NCBI GenBank assembly: GCA_938091905.1
Contig: CALKOM010000006.1
Span: 32,001 to 96,000, forward strand
DNA length: 64,000 nucleotides
Reading direction: 5' to 3'
Source of the DNA: an uncultured Verrucomicrobiales bacterium
GTDB taxonomy: Bacteria; Verrucomicrobiota; Verrucomicrobiia; Verrucomicrobiales; DEV007
Numbering within the stretch: position 1 is the stretch's first letter; every line of letters begins with the position of its first letter. The notes beneath the pieces were generated by a model. It had not been told where the DNA came from. It was given only the letters and a program-made list of their open reading frames with translations, and searched no databases. Both the position numbers and the translations under genes were made by a program. Positions 19,724 through 31,000 of this stretch are shown here, piece after piece.

Positions 19724-21091
19724 ATGATGAAACGACGTGACTTCCTCCAAACCGGCGGGGCTGCTGGCCTTGCACTTTCCGCATCGAAATGGTCCGCCTA
19801 TGCTCAGGGTGAACTAGATGCCAAACCCAAGCGGGTTGGCCTTATCGGATCGGGATGGTATGGAAAGGTCGATCTTCTACGCCTGATCCAAGTTTCCCCA
19901 GTGGAGGTCGTTTCTCTTTGCGATGTCGATAGCAAGATGCTCAAGGAGGCCGGCGAGATCGTCGCGTCGCGGCAGAAATCTGGTAAGACACCGCGCCTCT
20001 ATCATGACTACCGCAAGATGCTGGCGGAGAAGGATCTCGATATTGTACTGATCGCCACACCAGATCATTGGCATGCCTTGCCGATGATCGAGGCAGTGGA
20101 AGCTGGAGCTGATGTCTACGTGCAGAAGCCCACTGGTGTGGATGTCGTCGAGAGCCAGGCCATGCTCGCGGCCGCGCGGAAACATGGGAGCGTGGTGCAA
20201 GTTGGCACGCAGCGACGCAGCACGCCGCATTTGATCGAAGCCATGAACGAAGTCGTCAAGGCTGGAAAGTTGGGCAACATTGCGCATGCGGAGATTTGTT
20301 GTTACTATCACATGCGCAACCGGAGTAACCATCCGGATACTACCCCTCCGGAGCACTTAGATTTCGACATGTGGACAGGCCCCGCGCCCATGCGTCCCTT
20401 CAATCAGATCATGCACCCACGTGGATGGCGTGCCTTCATGGAGTATTCCAATGGGATTGTCGGTGACATGTGCGTCCACATGCTCGACGCCGTGCGCTGG
20501 ATGCTCGATCTTGGTTGGCCAACGCATATCAGCAGCACCGGTGGCATCCTCGTGCAGAAAGATGCCAAGGCAAATACCACAGACACGCAATCTGCTAGTT
20601 TCGACTTCGGTGATATTACGGTGGATTGGAATCACCGTTCCTGGGGAGCGGCACCGGACCCGGAATACCCATGGGCCTTCTTTATTTACGGCGACAAGGG
20701 CACGCTGAAAGCCAGCGTGAACAAGTATGAGTTCATTCCTCGTGGAAAAGGTGCCAAGCCGATGAGTGGCAAAGCGCTCATCGAGTTCGATAAGTATCCT
20801 GAGGACGAGAATGAGAAGGATCTCGAAACCCACGTTGCTTCTGCCGTGCGAGGACACATGACGGATTTTCTGGCACGCGTTGCCGACCGTGGGCGCCCCG
20901 TGGCTGACATTGAGCAAGGGCACATCTCTTCCGCTTCCTCAATCCTTGCTAACATTGCCTTGGATCTGGGGCGGACGTTAGAATGGGACCCCGTTGCCGG
21001 GCGAGTGATCGGCGATCCAGAGGCGAACAGACGCCTGGCACGCCCTTATCGCGCTCCATGGGAACATCCCGATCCAAAGAGCTATTCGTAG
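19724..21091 (+). CDS. Tat-exported Gfo/Idh/MocA family oxidoreductase
   Basis: KRRDFL Tat motif; GLIGSGWYG Rossmann fold; IATPDHWH; YVQKP; QVGTQRRS. Confidence 0.92.
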   Translation: MMKRRDFLQTGGAAGLALSASKWSAYAQGELDAKPKRVGLIGSGWYGKVDLLRLIQVSPVEVVSLCDVDSKMLKEAGEIVASRQKSGKTPRLYHDYRKMLAEKDLDIVLIATPDHWHALPMIEAVEAGADVYVQKPTGVDVVESQAMLAAARKHGSVVQVGTQRRSTPHLIEAMNEVVKAGKLGNIAHAEICCYYHMRNRSNHPDTTPPEHLDFDMWTGPAPMRPFNQIMHPRGWRAFMEYSNGIVGDMCVHMLDAVRWMLDLGWPTHISSTGGILVQKDAKANTTDTQSASFDFGDITVDWNHRSWGAAPDPEYPWAFFIYGDKGTLKASVNKYEFIPRGKGAKPMSGKALIEFDKYPEDENEKDLETHVASAVRGHMTDFLARVADRGRPVADIEQGHISSASSILANIALDLGRTLEWDPVAGRVIGDPEANRRLARPYRAPWEHPDPKSYS

Positions 21092-21160
21092 GCTGAGGCG
21101 AGAACCACCGTTTCTATCCTGTCCGCTTGTTGGGAGATTGATCACTCAAGCGTCGAGGCG

Positions 21161-22063
21161 CTAGGCTAACCCAAACACGTGATCCATATTGGCGGATACT
21201 TCCTTTAGTCTAGCGATATCTCCTCCACCAACTTCTGCGGCACACCAGCCGTGAAAATTAATCTCTGTTAGCGCTTTGCAGACATCGGTGAAATCGAGAT
21301 CGCCTTCACCGATTTTAGTAAACTTGTTGGCTTTGCGGGAGAACCCTTTGACGTCGAGTTTGATGACGCGTTTGCCAAGCGCGCGAATCCAGTCACCCAT
21401 GGATCCGTATTTCCAGTGATTACCAATATCAAACTGCATCCCGACCCAGGGTGAATTGAATTCGTCGACATAGCGGACAAACTTCTCGGCATTCTGACCG
21501 GCAACACCTTCGTGATCGTAACAAAAGTGATTCCAGACATTCTCTATGGCGATCGCGACACCCAACTCGGCTGCCAAGGGAATGGCTTTGGCAATGTTCT
21601 CAATCGAGCGCGGCCATATCTCCTTCTCTGGTCCATCCTTCCCGTGGCCGACCACTAACAACAGCGTGTGACCGCCTACCGCCTTGGTCTGGCGAAGCCC
21701 TTCCTTCAATGCTTCTAGCGCTTTTGCGCGAACAGCAACGTCTGGATCGGTGTGTCGGACGTTCCAGTGCCCGGAATTGACCGAGCCATCAACAGGCAGG
21801 CCGGATTCCACGATAGCTCTCTTGGTTTCTTCGATATTAATACCAGGCGCATTCATTTCAATGCCATCGAACCCCGCATCTTTGGCGACTTTGAACTTCT
21901 CGGTCAATGATCCTGGCGCTTTCACCATGCCAATCTTCAGTGTCTTGAGCAGGCGTCCTTTTAACGGGAAAGAAGACTCAGCGCCAAAGGCGTAGAAGGG
22001 AGTTGCTGCCAAGGCTGTAGTGGTGTGAAGGAATCGGCGACGATTGTAGCGATCTGTTCTCAT
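21161..22063 (-). CDS. Tat-exported sugar phosphate isomerase/epimerase (xylose isomerase-like TIM barrel)
   Basis: NRRRFL Tat motif; AGFDGIE, IAIENVWN, FDIGNH, GEGDLDF. Confidence 0.88.
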   Translation of the reverse strand: MRTDRYNRRRFLHTTTALAATPFYAFGAESSFPLKGRLLKTLKIGMVKAPGSLTEKFKVAKDAGFDGIEMNAPGINIEETKRAIVESGLPVDGSVNSGHWNVRHTDPDVAVRAKALEALKEGLRQTKAVGGHTLLLVVGHGKDGPEKEIWPRSIENIAKAIPLAAELGVAIAIENVWNHFCYDHEGVAGQNAEKFVRYVDEFNSPWVGMQFDIGNHWKYGSMGDWIRALGKRVIKLDVKGFSRKANKFTKIGEGDLDFTDVCKALTEINFHGWCAAEVGGGDIARLKEVSANMDHVFGLA

Positions 22064-22120
22064 GAGATCTAAGCTCCCTGATGGTGTGTCATCAAGTCAA
22101 GGTCCAACCGAAAGAGCCTG

Positions 22121-23545
22121 CTAGGCGAGGATATCGTGCACGACCTTGCCGTGGACATCAGTGAGGCGGAAATCCCTTCCCTGGAATCGGAAGGTGAGTT
22201 GTTCATGATCGATGCCTAACTGATGCAGAATGGTGGCTTGGAGATCATGGACATGAACGGGATTCTCGATCGCTCCGAAGCCTAACTCATCTGTTTGGCC
22301 GTAGGAGATGCCTGGCTTGAAACCGCCACCGGCGACCCACATGGTGTACGCGCTGACGTGGTGATCGCGCCCTGTGGGTTTGCGCAGTTCGCCCACTGGC
22401 GTCCGGCCAAACTCGCCGCCCCACACCACGATGGTGTTCTCTAACAAACCTCGTTGCTTGAGATCTTTAACCAAAGCTGCTGAAGCTTGGTCTACCTGCT
22501 TGGCTCGCAAGGGAAGTTCCTTTTCGAGAGATTCGCCGCCGCCATGCTGGTCCCAGCTTGTGTGATAGAGCTGAACGAAACGTGTGCCGCGTTCAACCAG
22601 TCGTCGGGCCAGGAGGCAGTTGTTGGCAAAGGAGGCTTCGCCGGGCTTGGCTCCGTACATGGCCAACGTGGACTTGGATTCCGATTGAACATCCATGAGT
22701 TCTGGGGCGCTGCTCTGCATGCGATAAGCCATCTCGTAGGCCGCAATGCGGGTGGCGATCTCCGGATCCCCAACCAGATCGAGACGCTGCTGATTGAGAT
22801 CTGCTAACGCATTGACGAAATCTCCCTGGCGCCGGTGATCGATACCCGGAGGGTTCGTGAGATTCAAGATCGGATCGCCACTGCCCCGAAACGGTACTCC
22901 CTGGTAAGTGGACGGAAGAAACCCGCTCGACCAGAGCGTGCCGCCTGCTCTGGGGCCGCGTGGCCCAGACTGCAATACGACAAAGCCTGGGAGGTTGTTA
23001 GACTCGCTACCGAGCCCGTAGGTGACCCAGCTCCCCATGGAGGGGCGACCGGGCTGCGGAGAGCCCGTGTTGACGAAGAGTTTCGCCGGACCGTGATTAA
23101 ACACGTCGGTCGACATGCCTTTGATGAAACACACGTCATCTACGATGGAGCGGTGATGGGGTAGAAGTTCGCTCAGCGTCGCGCCGCTTTGCCCATAGGT
23201 TCCAAATTCACGCTGAGGTCCTAGCAAACGTTCGTTCCCTTTGAGAAAGGCGAAGCGCTTCCCCTTCATCGCTTCCTCAGGCGGTTTCTGGCCGGAGTAC
23301 TTGGCGAGTAGAGGTTTGTGATCAAAGAGTTCCAACTGGCTCGGACCGCCGGCCATGAAGAGGTAGATGACATTCTTGGCTTTTCCCGTTTCCGGAGACG
23401 CCTTTGGCTCCATGGGATTGAGTGCTGCCGAGGCCTTTGGGCCAAGCAAAGAAGCCAGGGCCACGGAGCCCAGCCCCACCCGGCAATCTTCGAAGAAATG
23501 CCGTCGGGTTAGCGTTCTTAGATGGTTTTGATAAGCAAGGTTCAT
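22121..23545 (-). CDS. DUF1501 domain protein
   Basis: TRRHFF; AKNVIYLFMAGGPSQLELFD; CLLARRLVERG; GEFGRTP; GRDHH; HDLQATIL. Confidence 0.92.
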   Translation of the reverse strand: MNLAYQNHLRTLTRRHFFEDCRVGLGSVALASLLGPKASAALNPMEPKASPETGKAKNVIYLFMAGGPSQLELFDHKPLLAKYSGQKPPEEAMKGKRFAFLKGNERLLGPQREFGTYGQSGATLSELLPHHRSIVDDVCFIKGMSTDVFNHGPAKLFVNTGSPQPGRPSMGSWVTYGLGSESNNLPGFVVLQSGPRGPRAGGTLWSSGFLPSTYQGVPFRGSGDPILNLTNPPGIDHRRQGDFVNALADLNQQRLDLVGDPEIATRIAAYEMAYRMQSSAPELMDVQSESKSTLAMYGAKPGEASFANNCLLARRLVERGTRFVQLYHTSWDQHGGGESLEKELPLRAKQVDQASAALVKDLKQRGLLENTIVVWGGEFGRTPVGELRKPTGRDHHVSAYTMWVAGGGFKPGISYGQTDELGFGAIENPVHVHDLQATILHQLGIDHEQLTFRFQGRDFRLTDVHGKVVHDILA

Positions 23546-23555
23546 AACAGAGCAA

Positions 23556-25784
23556 TCAATCTCGGGTCACAAATTCATCCAGGTTCACCACGACGCGGGC
23601 GATGGCGATCCACCCATCGTTGGTGTTGTCATGGGTCTTGAAGTACTGAAGTAGACGATCGGTTTCTGCTTGCGAAGGAGGGCGACAAAGGCAGAGGCGG
23701 AAACACTGCTCGATCCGTTGAGCCTCAGTTAGACTGACATCTCTCTGGAGGCGCTTGGCCAGCGCGCGGACGAGTTCCATTTGAGCAGGGTCGTTGGCCA
23801 AGGTCAGTGATTGTAGTGGTGTGTTCGAACGTTCCCTCTGAGTGCACGTGGTATTGAAGTCCGGCGTATCGAAAGTACTCAGCATGGGGTGAGGCGCACT
23901 TCGATAGAAGAACGTGTACATTCCGCGTCGATAGCGATCTGCTCCCTTGGCTGTCTTCCAAGACTTTTTATTCTGGGTGAAAGCATAGACACCATCTGGC
24001 TGCGGTGGGTAGACGCTCGGCCCGCCAATCCGTTTTGATAACAGGCCACTCGCGGACAAGGTGAGATCACGAACGACTTCGGCTTCAACACGAAATCGTG
24101 CCTGTCTACCCAGGAGGCGATTCCGAGGATCGGCTTGCATGAGATCGGCACGGTGATGAGAGCGCTGACGATAAGTGGCGCTGGTGAGGATGGTGCGATG
24201 CAGCGCCTTGAGCGACCACCCCTTGTCGATTAGTTCTGAGGCCAACCAATCGAGTAGTGCCGGGTGAGTTGGCGGCGTGCCTTGCATGCCGAAGTCGTTC
24301 TCCGTCTCGACCAAGCCACGTCCAAAGAATCGGATCCAAAGGCGATTGACCAGGACCCGTGACGTCAGCGGATGTTCGGGGCGAACTAACCATTCTGCGA
24401 GATCGAGCCGATTCCTTTGCTCGTCTGATTTCGCCAGTGGTGGCAGGCAGGCCGGGACATCCGGTTTTACCGCGTCGCCTTTGCGCAAAAAGTCGCCGCG
24501 AACATGAACGTGGGTGGGGCGCGCTTTCTCAAGTTCGCGCATGATCATGGTTTGTGGGTAACGTTTATCCCAATCGCGGAGAGCTTGTTCTGCCGTTTTT
24601 AGATCTGCCTTCAGTGTCTTATCGTTCTTGTTCTTCTTGAGAGCTTCTTTCCTGTCTTTTACGCGCTTGTCGAGCTGCTCCCGTTTGTTGAGCGCGGTTT
24701 TGGGAGCGAGGCGTAGCTGGGGGTTTCGGCTGTTCCTGTCTTCGCTGGAGTTGAAGAAGGCGAACATCTGAAAGTATTCCGCGTGGGTGATTGGATCATA
24801 CTTGTGGGTGTGGCATTGGGCGCACCCAACTGACAGGCCTAACCAGACTTGTCCCGTGGTATTGGTTCGGTCGACGGCGGATTCATTTCGAAACTGTTCT
24901 GGATCAGAGCCGCCCTCGGTATTGATCAACGTGTTGCGATGGAAACCTGTGGCAACAAGCTGGGCCTGTGTTGGTTTGGGCAAGAGATCGCCTGCCAGTT
25001 GCTCGATGGTGAAACTATCGAAAGGTTTGTCGGCGTTGAGAGCACCAATGACCCAATCTCGGTAAGGCCACATGATGCGGGCTCCATCAGGCGCATAACC
25101 ATCAGAGTCGGCGTAGCGTGCCTGGTCTAACCAATGTCGCCCCCATCGCTCTCCATAGTGAGGACCTGCTAGTAACCGATCCAAATAGCGTTCCTCTGCA
25201 TTTGGGTGGTCATCGCGTTCAAAGTCATCCACCGCATCTGGGCTGGGCAAGATTCCCGTGAGGTCCAGATGCAGGCGTCTTGCTAGAGTTGAGCGAGAGG
25301 CTTCCTCAGAAGGGCTGAGACGTTCAGATTCTAGTTGTCGGAGAATGAAAGGGTCGAGTTGGTGCCGTGTCCATTCTGAGTCTTTCACTTGAGGAGGAGG
25401 CTCACGTTGTATTGGGAGAAAAGCCCAGTGCGGTTCATAGGGTGCTCCTTCTGCTATCCACCGTTCTAACAAAGCAATTTGAGGCTCCGTCAGCGGCTTC
25501 TTCGTCTCTGGCGGAGGCATGAGATCTTCGAGATCGTGTGTGCGAAGACGAGTTACTAAAGGGCTCTCTGCTGGTTTGCCGGGAACAATGACGTCAGCGA
25601 TTGCAGTCTCTCGAAGATCCAGACGCAGGTCTGCCTTCCGCGACTTCTCATCGGGTCCGTGGCAAGTGAAGCAGTGATTGGAAAGCAGTCCCCGAATCTC
25701 GCGATTGAAACTGACTGGCTCCTCCTGAGCCGTGATGATACGAGGCAAGAAGATCAGAACGATGAGCCACCGGAGGAATCGCAT
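23556..25784 (-). CDS. Planctomycete cytochrome c + DUF1549 + DUF1553 (PSD1) protein
   Basis: CFTCHGPD and CAQCHTHKYDP heme motifs; YGERWGRHWLD.ARYADS; RVLVNRLW; PTHPALLDWLA; SNTPLQSL; ATG 25784 precedes a signal peptide. Confidence 0.9.
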   Translation of the reverse strand: MRFLRWLIVLIFLPRIITAQEEPVSFNREIRGLLSNHCFTCHGPDEKSRKADLRLDLRETAIADVIVPGKPAESPLVTRLRTHDLEDLMPPPETKKPLTEPQIALLERWIAEGAPYEPHWAFLPIQREPPPQVKDSEWTRHQLDPFILRQLESERLSPSEEASRSTLARRLHLDLTGILPSPDAVDDFERDDHPNAEERYLDRLLAGPHYGERWGRHWLDQARYADSDGYAPDGARIMWPYRDWVIGALNADKPFDSFTIEQLAGDLLPKPTQAQLVATGFHRNTLINTEGGSDPEQFRNESAVDRTNTTGQVWLGLSVGCAQCHTHKYDPITHAEYFQMFAFFNSSEDRNSRNPQLRLAPKTALNKREQLDKRVKDRKEALKKNKNDKTLKADLKTAEQALRDWDKRYPQTMIMRELEKARPTHVHVRGDFLRKGDAVKPDVPACLPPLAKSDEQRNRLDLAEWLVRPEHPLTSRVLVNRLWIRFFGRGLVETENDFGMQGTPPTHPALLDWLASELIDKGWSLKALHRTILTSATYRQRSHHRADLMQADPRNRLLGRQARFRVEAEVVRDLTLSASGLLSKRIGGPSVYPPQPDGVYAFTQNKKSWKTAKGADRYRRGMYTFFYRSAPHPMLSTFDTPDFNTTCTQRERSNTPLQSLTLANDPAQMELVRALAKRLQRDVSLTEAQRIEQCFRLCLCRPPSQAETDRLLQYFKTHDNTNDGWIAIARVVVNLDEFVTRD

Positions 25785-26098
25785 AGGGGTAGATTGGCGC
25801 CGTTTCCCACCGGGGTCGAGCGGGGAATCTAAAGGTACACCGTTCTCCCGAAAGGAGTGCCCGTCGTCAGGGGTGAGATCACGGCATCCACCGCGAGGAC
25901 GCATCAGGGCACAGGACAAACGTGCTGAACCAAGTTGGGACGTTGGCTTTACTTTGTGTGTGATCTCTTCAGGCTCATTCTCGGTGATCAGCTCCTCGAG
26001 CTGAACGACTGCCGTGGTGAAGAAAGGCGGCTTACTTATTCGAAACATGACTCCCGGCTCGGGTACCGCTACGACTGAACGGGCTGCCCTTTCTACAA

Positions 26099-27883
26099 AT
26101 GAAACTTTTATCCATCACGATCACTGGGATTGTATTTGCGGCATGCATCGTATCCTCACATGCCGCGGAAGTAACCCTGCCCGAAATCTACGCGGATCAC
26201 ATGGTGATCCAGACGGATGAACCAATCATTGTTTCAGGCACGGTTTCTCCGACTTCCGCAGAACTCGAGATCAAACTAGCTGGGCAAACCGTGTCCGTGA
26301 CGCCGCGGTTGTTTGGAGGCTGGACGGCGACCCTGGACCCTGTCAGTGAAGTTGGTGGCTCTCACACCCTCACCATTTCGGCGGAGGGTGAGGTGGCGCA
26401 TACTATCGAGGACATCACCTTTGGGGATGTGTGGCTGTGCGGAGGGCAGTCGAACATGGCTTGGGATATGACTACGATCAATGACAGCGCCGCCGAGATC
26501 GCGAGTGCTGACTTTCCTGACATCCGCCTCATGGAGGTGAGTCTGCGAACGAGTAGTAAGCCTCTTGCTGAGGTGAAAGAGATCGATCAAGATTGGACGC
26601 GATGTTCTCCAACGGCAGTGCGCCGATTCTCTGCAGTGGGTTATCTGTTTGGTCGCGAGTTGCACCAGAAGACGGGACGTCCCATTGGCTTGATTCAAAG
26701 TGCTTGGGGCGGCTCCAGGATTGAAACGTGGATACCTGACACTGCGCTTCAGGGCAGCCCCTACACCGACAACATCGCTGGTCGCAATTTCGGCCAGCAA
26801 CAACACAAGCCTTCTATCTGTTACAATGCTATGATTCACGGCCTGGCGCCGTTGGCCCTGAAGGGTGTCATTTGGTATCAAGGTGAGAACAATCAGACGC
26901 ATCCGGAAGAGTATCGCAGTCTCATGGAGACGTGGATTGATTCGTGGCGGGATCTTTGGCAGGCGCCGGAACTGCCCTTTTATTACGTTCAGTTGGCGAA
27001 CTATGCGCCAGGCCAGGATTGGGAACTCTTGCGCGAAGCGCAGACTCAGACACTCGCTATTTCGAACACGGGCATGGCGGTGACGATCGATATCGGTGCT
27101 TCGAATGACATCCATCCGCGCAACAAGCAAGGTACAGCGACGCGTTTGGCCGCCATCGCCCTAGCCAAGACCTACGGCCAAGATCGCGTTTACTCGGGGC
27201 CACTGCTCAAAGCCGCAGAGTCTGATGGGCACAACATCACCCTTCGTTTCGATCATGTCGGTTCCGGCCTTGCAAGCGCTGAAGGTCTTGCAGGCTTTCA
27301 GGTGCTGACCGCCGAAGGCCGGTGGTCGAAGGGAAATGCAAAGATAGTCGGCGACACGGTCGAGATTCCAGGTACCCTGTTTCGCACCAATCCTCAAGGT
27401 GTCCGCTACGGATGGGATAGTGATCCCGTCATTAGCTTGTCTAACAAGGAAGGCTTTCCTGCCGTGCCCTTTCGTTTCGAATCACTCGATCAGGTTTATG
27501 CGAGTTGGCGAGATCAGTTGGTCGGTGCCGAGCGTCGACCTAACGAAGACGCCGATGGTGATAGCGTAAGCAATTTGATGCAGTACGCCACTGCTCATAG
27601 AGATCCTCGCATGGTCACTTCGAGCAATGGTAGTGCTGAACTTTCTTTCCATCGTCGTGCCAATGCCTTGGATGTTACTATCGCCGTGGAGCAGTCAGGT
27701 GATCTCGAGACATGGACCGAAATCTGGTCCTCAGGGCAGCCGGACAGCAGTGGATTCGCTTGGAGCCAAGAGCGTGCTTGGGGTGCATCGATGACGGATC
27801 GTTATGCCATCACCTTGCCCACGGATGCGAAAACGAGCATGCTTTATCGGATTCGCTATGGTCTGAGCGAGGATGATCTCTAG
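26099..27883 (+). CDS. Secreted sialate O-acetylesterase (SGNH/SASA family) with a C-terminal extension domain
   Basis: GDVWLCGGQSNM, FSAVGY.FG, WGGSRIETW, GVIWYQGENN, PFYYVQLA, DIHPRNK. Confidence 0.9.
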   Translation: MKLLSITITGIVFAACIVSSHAAEVTLPEIYADHMVIQTDEPIIVSGTVSPTSAELEIKLAGQTVSVTPRLFGGWTATLDPVSEVGGSHTLTISAEGEVAHTIEDITFGDVWLCGGQSNMAWDMTTINDSAAEIASADFPDIRLMEVSLRTSSKPLAEVKEIDQDWTRCSPTAVRRFSAVGYLFGRELHQKTGRPIGLIQSAWGGSRIETWIPDTALQGSPYTDNIAGRNFGQQQHKPSICYNAMIHGLAPLALKGVIWYQGENNQTHPEEYRSLMETWIDSWRDLWQAPELPFYYVQLANYAPGQDWELLREAQTQTLAISNTGMAVTIDIGASNDIHPRNKQGTATRLAAIALAKTYGQDRVYSGPLLKAAESDGHNITLRFDHVGSGLASAEGLAGFQVLTAEGRWSKGNAKIVGDTVEIPGTLFRTNPQGVRYGWDSDPVISLSNKEGFPAVPFRFESLDQVYASWRDQLVGAERRPNEDADGDSVSNLMQYATAHRDPRMVTSSNGSAELSFHRRANALDVTIAVEQSGDLETWTEIWSSGQPDSSGFAWSQERAWGASMTDRYAITLPTDAKTSMLYRIRYGLSEDDL

Positions 27884-28065
27884 GCTATTTCACCAGGCCG
27901 CTATCGGGCGTTATGGCAGCTTTTAGTAGCCAAAGTCTAGGACTAGGCAGCCAGCCAGTGACCAAGAACATCCACTATTGTTACCCAGCAAATTCGTGAG
28001 ATTTGCTAGCCTAGGGCTTGGATTCTACAAATTGCACTGATAAGGTGACGGTCAGCCCTTTGCCT

Positions 28066-31000
28066 ATGAAAAGACGATTTCTCTTCCCTTTGCTCCTTTT
28101 AGCGGCCCTTGGCCTTGTTGGCTCGGCTTCGGCGGAGGTCACGATCACTGAGTTGGCAGCCGTTAATCTAGACGGTCCAGAGGACAAGGATGAGGACTTT
28201 TCACCGTGGATTGAGGTCTACAACGATTCAGAAGAAGAGACCAACCTCAAAGGGTGGTATCTCACAAACGATCCTGAAAATCCTACGAAATGGGAGATTC
28301 CAAATCTGAAAGTGCCAGCAAGCGGCTACTCGCTCATTTATATGTCAGGGAAAGACTACGGCTCTCTCTTTAGTCAGGAAGTGCACGCCAGTTTTAAGCT
28401 TTCTACCGGCACAGATTATCTGGCTCTGGTTCAAGCTGATGGCCAGACGATTGGCCAAGCTTACGAAGACATTCCAAAACAACGCGCTGGATTCTCTTAT
28501 GGGCTTGATGAGAATGGAGAATACACCTTCTTTCAGATAGAAACGCCATTGGCGGCTAACAGGACTCCTGTTGCGGGCTTTGTAAGTGACACAAAGTTTT
28601 CTCTTGATCGTGGGTTCTATGATGAACCGATTCAGGTAGAGATCACGACAGACACGCCTGACGCGATCATCTACTATTCGACGAACGGTCGGGAACCTTC
28701 TAAAGGATCGCTCTTCAGTGGCCCGATTGAACACATTTATGAGGGGCCCATCACCATTGATCAGACTACCGTTCTGCGAGCGGCAGCTTTCAAAAAAGGG
28801 CTGGGGCAGAGCAATGTCGATACGCAGACTTACCTCTTTACGAGCGATGTGGCAGAGCAGCCGGACATGGACATGAGTTATGTCAGTGATTGGGCTTCTC
28901 AAATGGATGCCGCGCTGAAGGCAGTACCAACGATTTCGATTGCCATCGATGATGACGAGCATTTGATCAAGCGAGGTCAAGGGCAGACACGATTTGAGGG
29001 CACGACGCTCAACGATTATGAGTCCAAAGTCTCCGTGGAGTGGCTTAATAGCGACGGAGCGGAGGGCTTTCAGACGGATGCCGGCGTTTCTCGTTTCGGG
29101 GGGTACTACACCGATCATGGCAAGTATTCTTACCGCTTTCAGTTTCGGAAAGAGTATGGAACCGCGAAGCTGAAGTATCCTGTATTCCGCAACCACGAGA
29201 ACGGTCGTGCACCGGCGGAGGAGTTTGATTCACTTAATCTGCGGTCTGGATCTCATGACATGCAGGCGCGGGGCGCCTATATGTCAAACCGCTTTGTGGA
29301 TGATAGCATGCTAGAAATGGGTGGCATCGCGCCGCACGGGCGTTTCGTCCATGTCTATATCAATGGCAGTTATAACGGGCAGTATCATTTGCGTGAACGT
29401 TGGAATGCGGCCATGCACGCCAGCTACTTTGGTGGGGATGAATCGGATTACGATGCGATCAATCGAAACGACAATTTCCAGCAGGATGCCAAGGCGTTTG
29501 ATGGGAATCAAGACTACTGGAAAGAGGTTGAGCAGCTAGCTCGGGAGCCGTCGCCATGGGAGGCCTTGCAAGGGAACGTCGATATCAAGGACTTCTACGA
29601 GTTCATGATGGTTTGGTCGTCCGGCAATTCAGAAAGCGAGATGCAAGCGGTGGGCTCGAAGGCTCTAGGCGTCCCCTTCACCTTCTACATGAAGGATGCG
29701 GACGGGTGGTTGATCAAAAGCTCGCACCGCGGCGGCCGTGGACGTTTCACCACGCGTGGTCCTGGGGCGTTCAACACGGAGCTGCTAGCAGAGAGGCATC
29801 CTGATCATCAGATGTTCCTCGCTGATCTTGTTCACAAACACTTTACCAATGGAGGAGCCATGACTCCGGAACAGACTATTCCACGATTGCAGCGCCGCGT
29901 GGATGAGATTGAAACTTCGTTTATTGCTGAGTCTGCCCGTTGGCGGAAGTACAAGCCGCACGCCTGGTATAAATATCAGCAAGATATCATGGACCGCCAC
30001 TTCTCGACCTTGGCAGATAACATGCTAGACATGTTCAAGGGTATCAACGTCTACCCAGATGACATCCAAGCACCAAAGCCCAATCGGCGTGGCGGTAGGA
30101 TCGAGCCTGGATTTGCTTTCAAAATGGCGGCGGGTTCTCTGTTCAGTCCTGAGAGAGGTGAGTTCTGGTATACGCTGGATGGTTCTGATCCCAGGCTTCC
30201 TGGTGGCGTTCGATCTGACACTGCCATTCAATATGATAGAGAAGGGCCTGGATTAGAACTCAATGAAACGGTGACAGTGAAGGCGCGGACCTTTAAGTCT
30301 AGCCTCTTTAGCAATGGGATCTGGAGCCCGTTGATGGAAACCACCTTCCATATCGGTAAGAAGCCTGAGGCGGGTGATTTGGTGATTTCGGAGATTCATT
30401 ACCGTCCTGCATCCCCCAACGATGAGGAAATTGCTGCAGGGTTTACGAAGAGGAGTGTATTCGAGTTTATCGAGCTTTACAATAGGACGGACACTGTGGT
30501 GAGTCTTCTGGATATTGCCCTAACAAATGGCGTGCGCTTCGAATTTGCTGACGCCGAGGTCATGGATCTGGCGCCTGGCAAAGCGGCTGTGGTCGTTGCC
30601 AACCGCGAAGCCTTTGAGCATCGGTATGGAACTGGCTTGCCGGTGGCGGGCGAGTTTGCGGGGTTTAAACTCAGTGATAGTGGTGAGAGACTTCGTCTAA
30701 GCTTGCTCGATGGGCAGGTGTTGCAGGACATGCGATACAACGACAAAGAGCCGTGGCCAGAGGAGCCGGATGGAACAGGTCCAAGCCTCACCTTGAAGGA
30801 CCCCCGGGTGATGGATGGCTATTCCCCAGCCGATTGGTATGCAAGTGAGACCGCTGGTGGGTCTCCAGGGACATTGGAGTCAAGCGATCCCGACGATGTC
30901 GATCAGGATGGGGATGGCCTTACGGCTTTGATAGAAGAAGCCCTTGGTTCGAGCGATACGGATGCCGCCTCTGGCCCTGCCAATATGGCGATTGAGCATC

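Noticed and set aside
25785..26048. 88 aa N-terminal extension of the PSD1 protein
   Set aside because: The signal peptide and promoter geometry point to ATG 25784.
26276..29196. Long antisense ORFs (284 aa and 283 aa) and similar shadow ORFs elsewhere
   Set aside because: They lie opposite well-supported genes and have no recognisable motifs, which is expected from codon bias.
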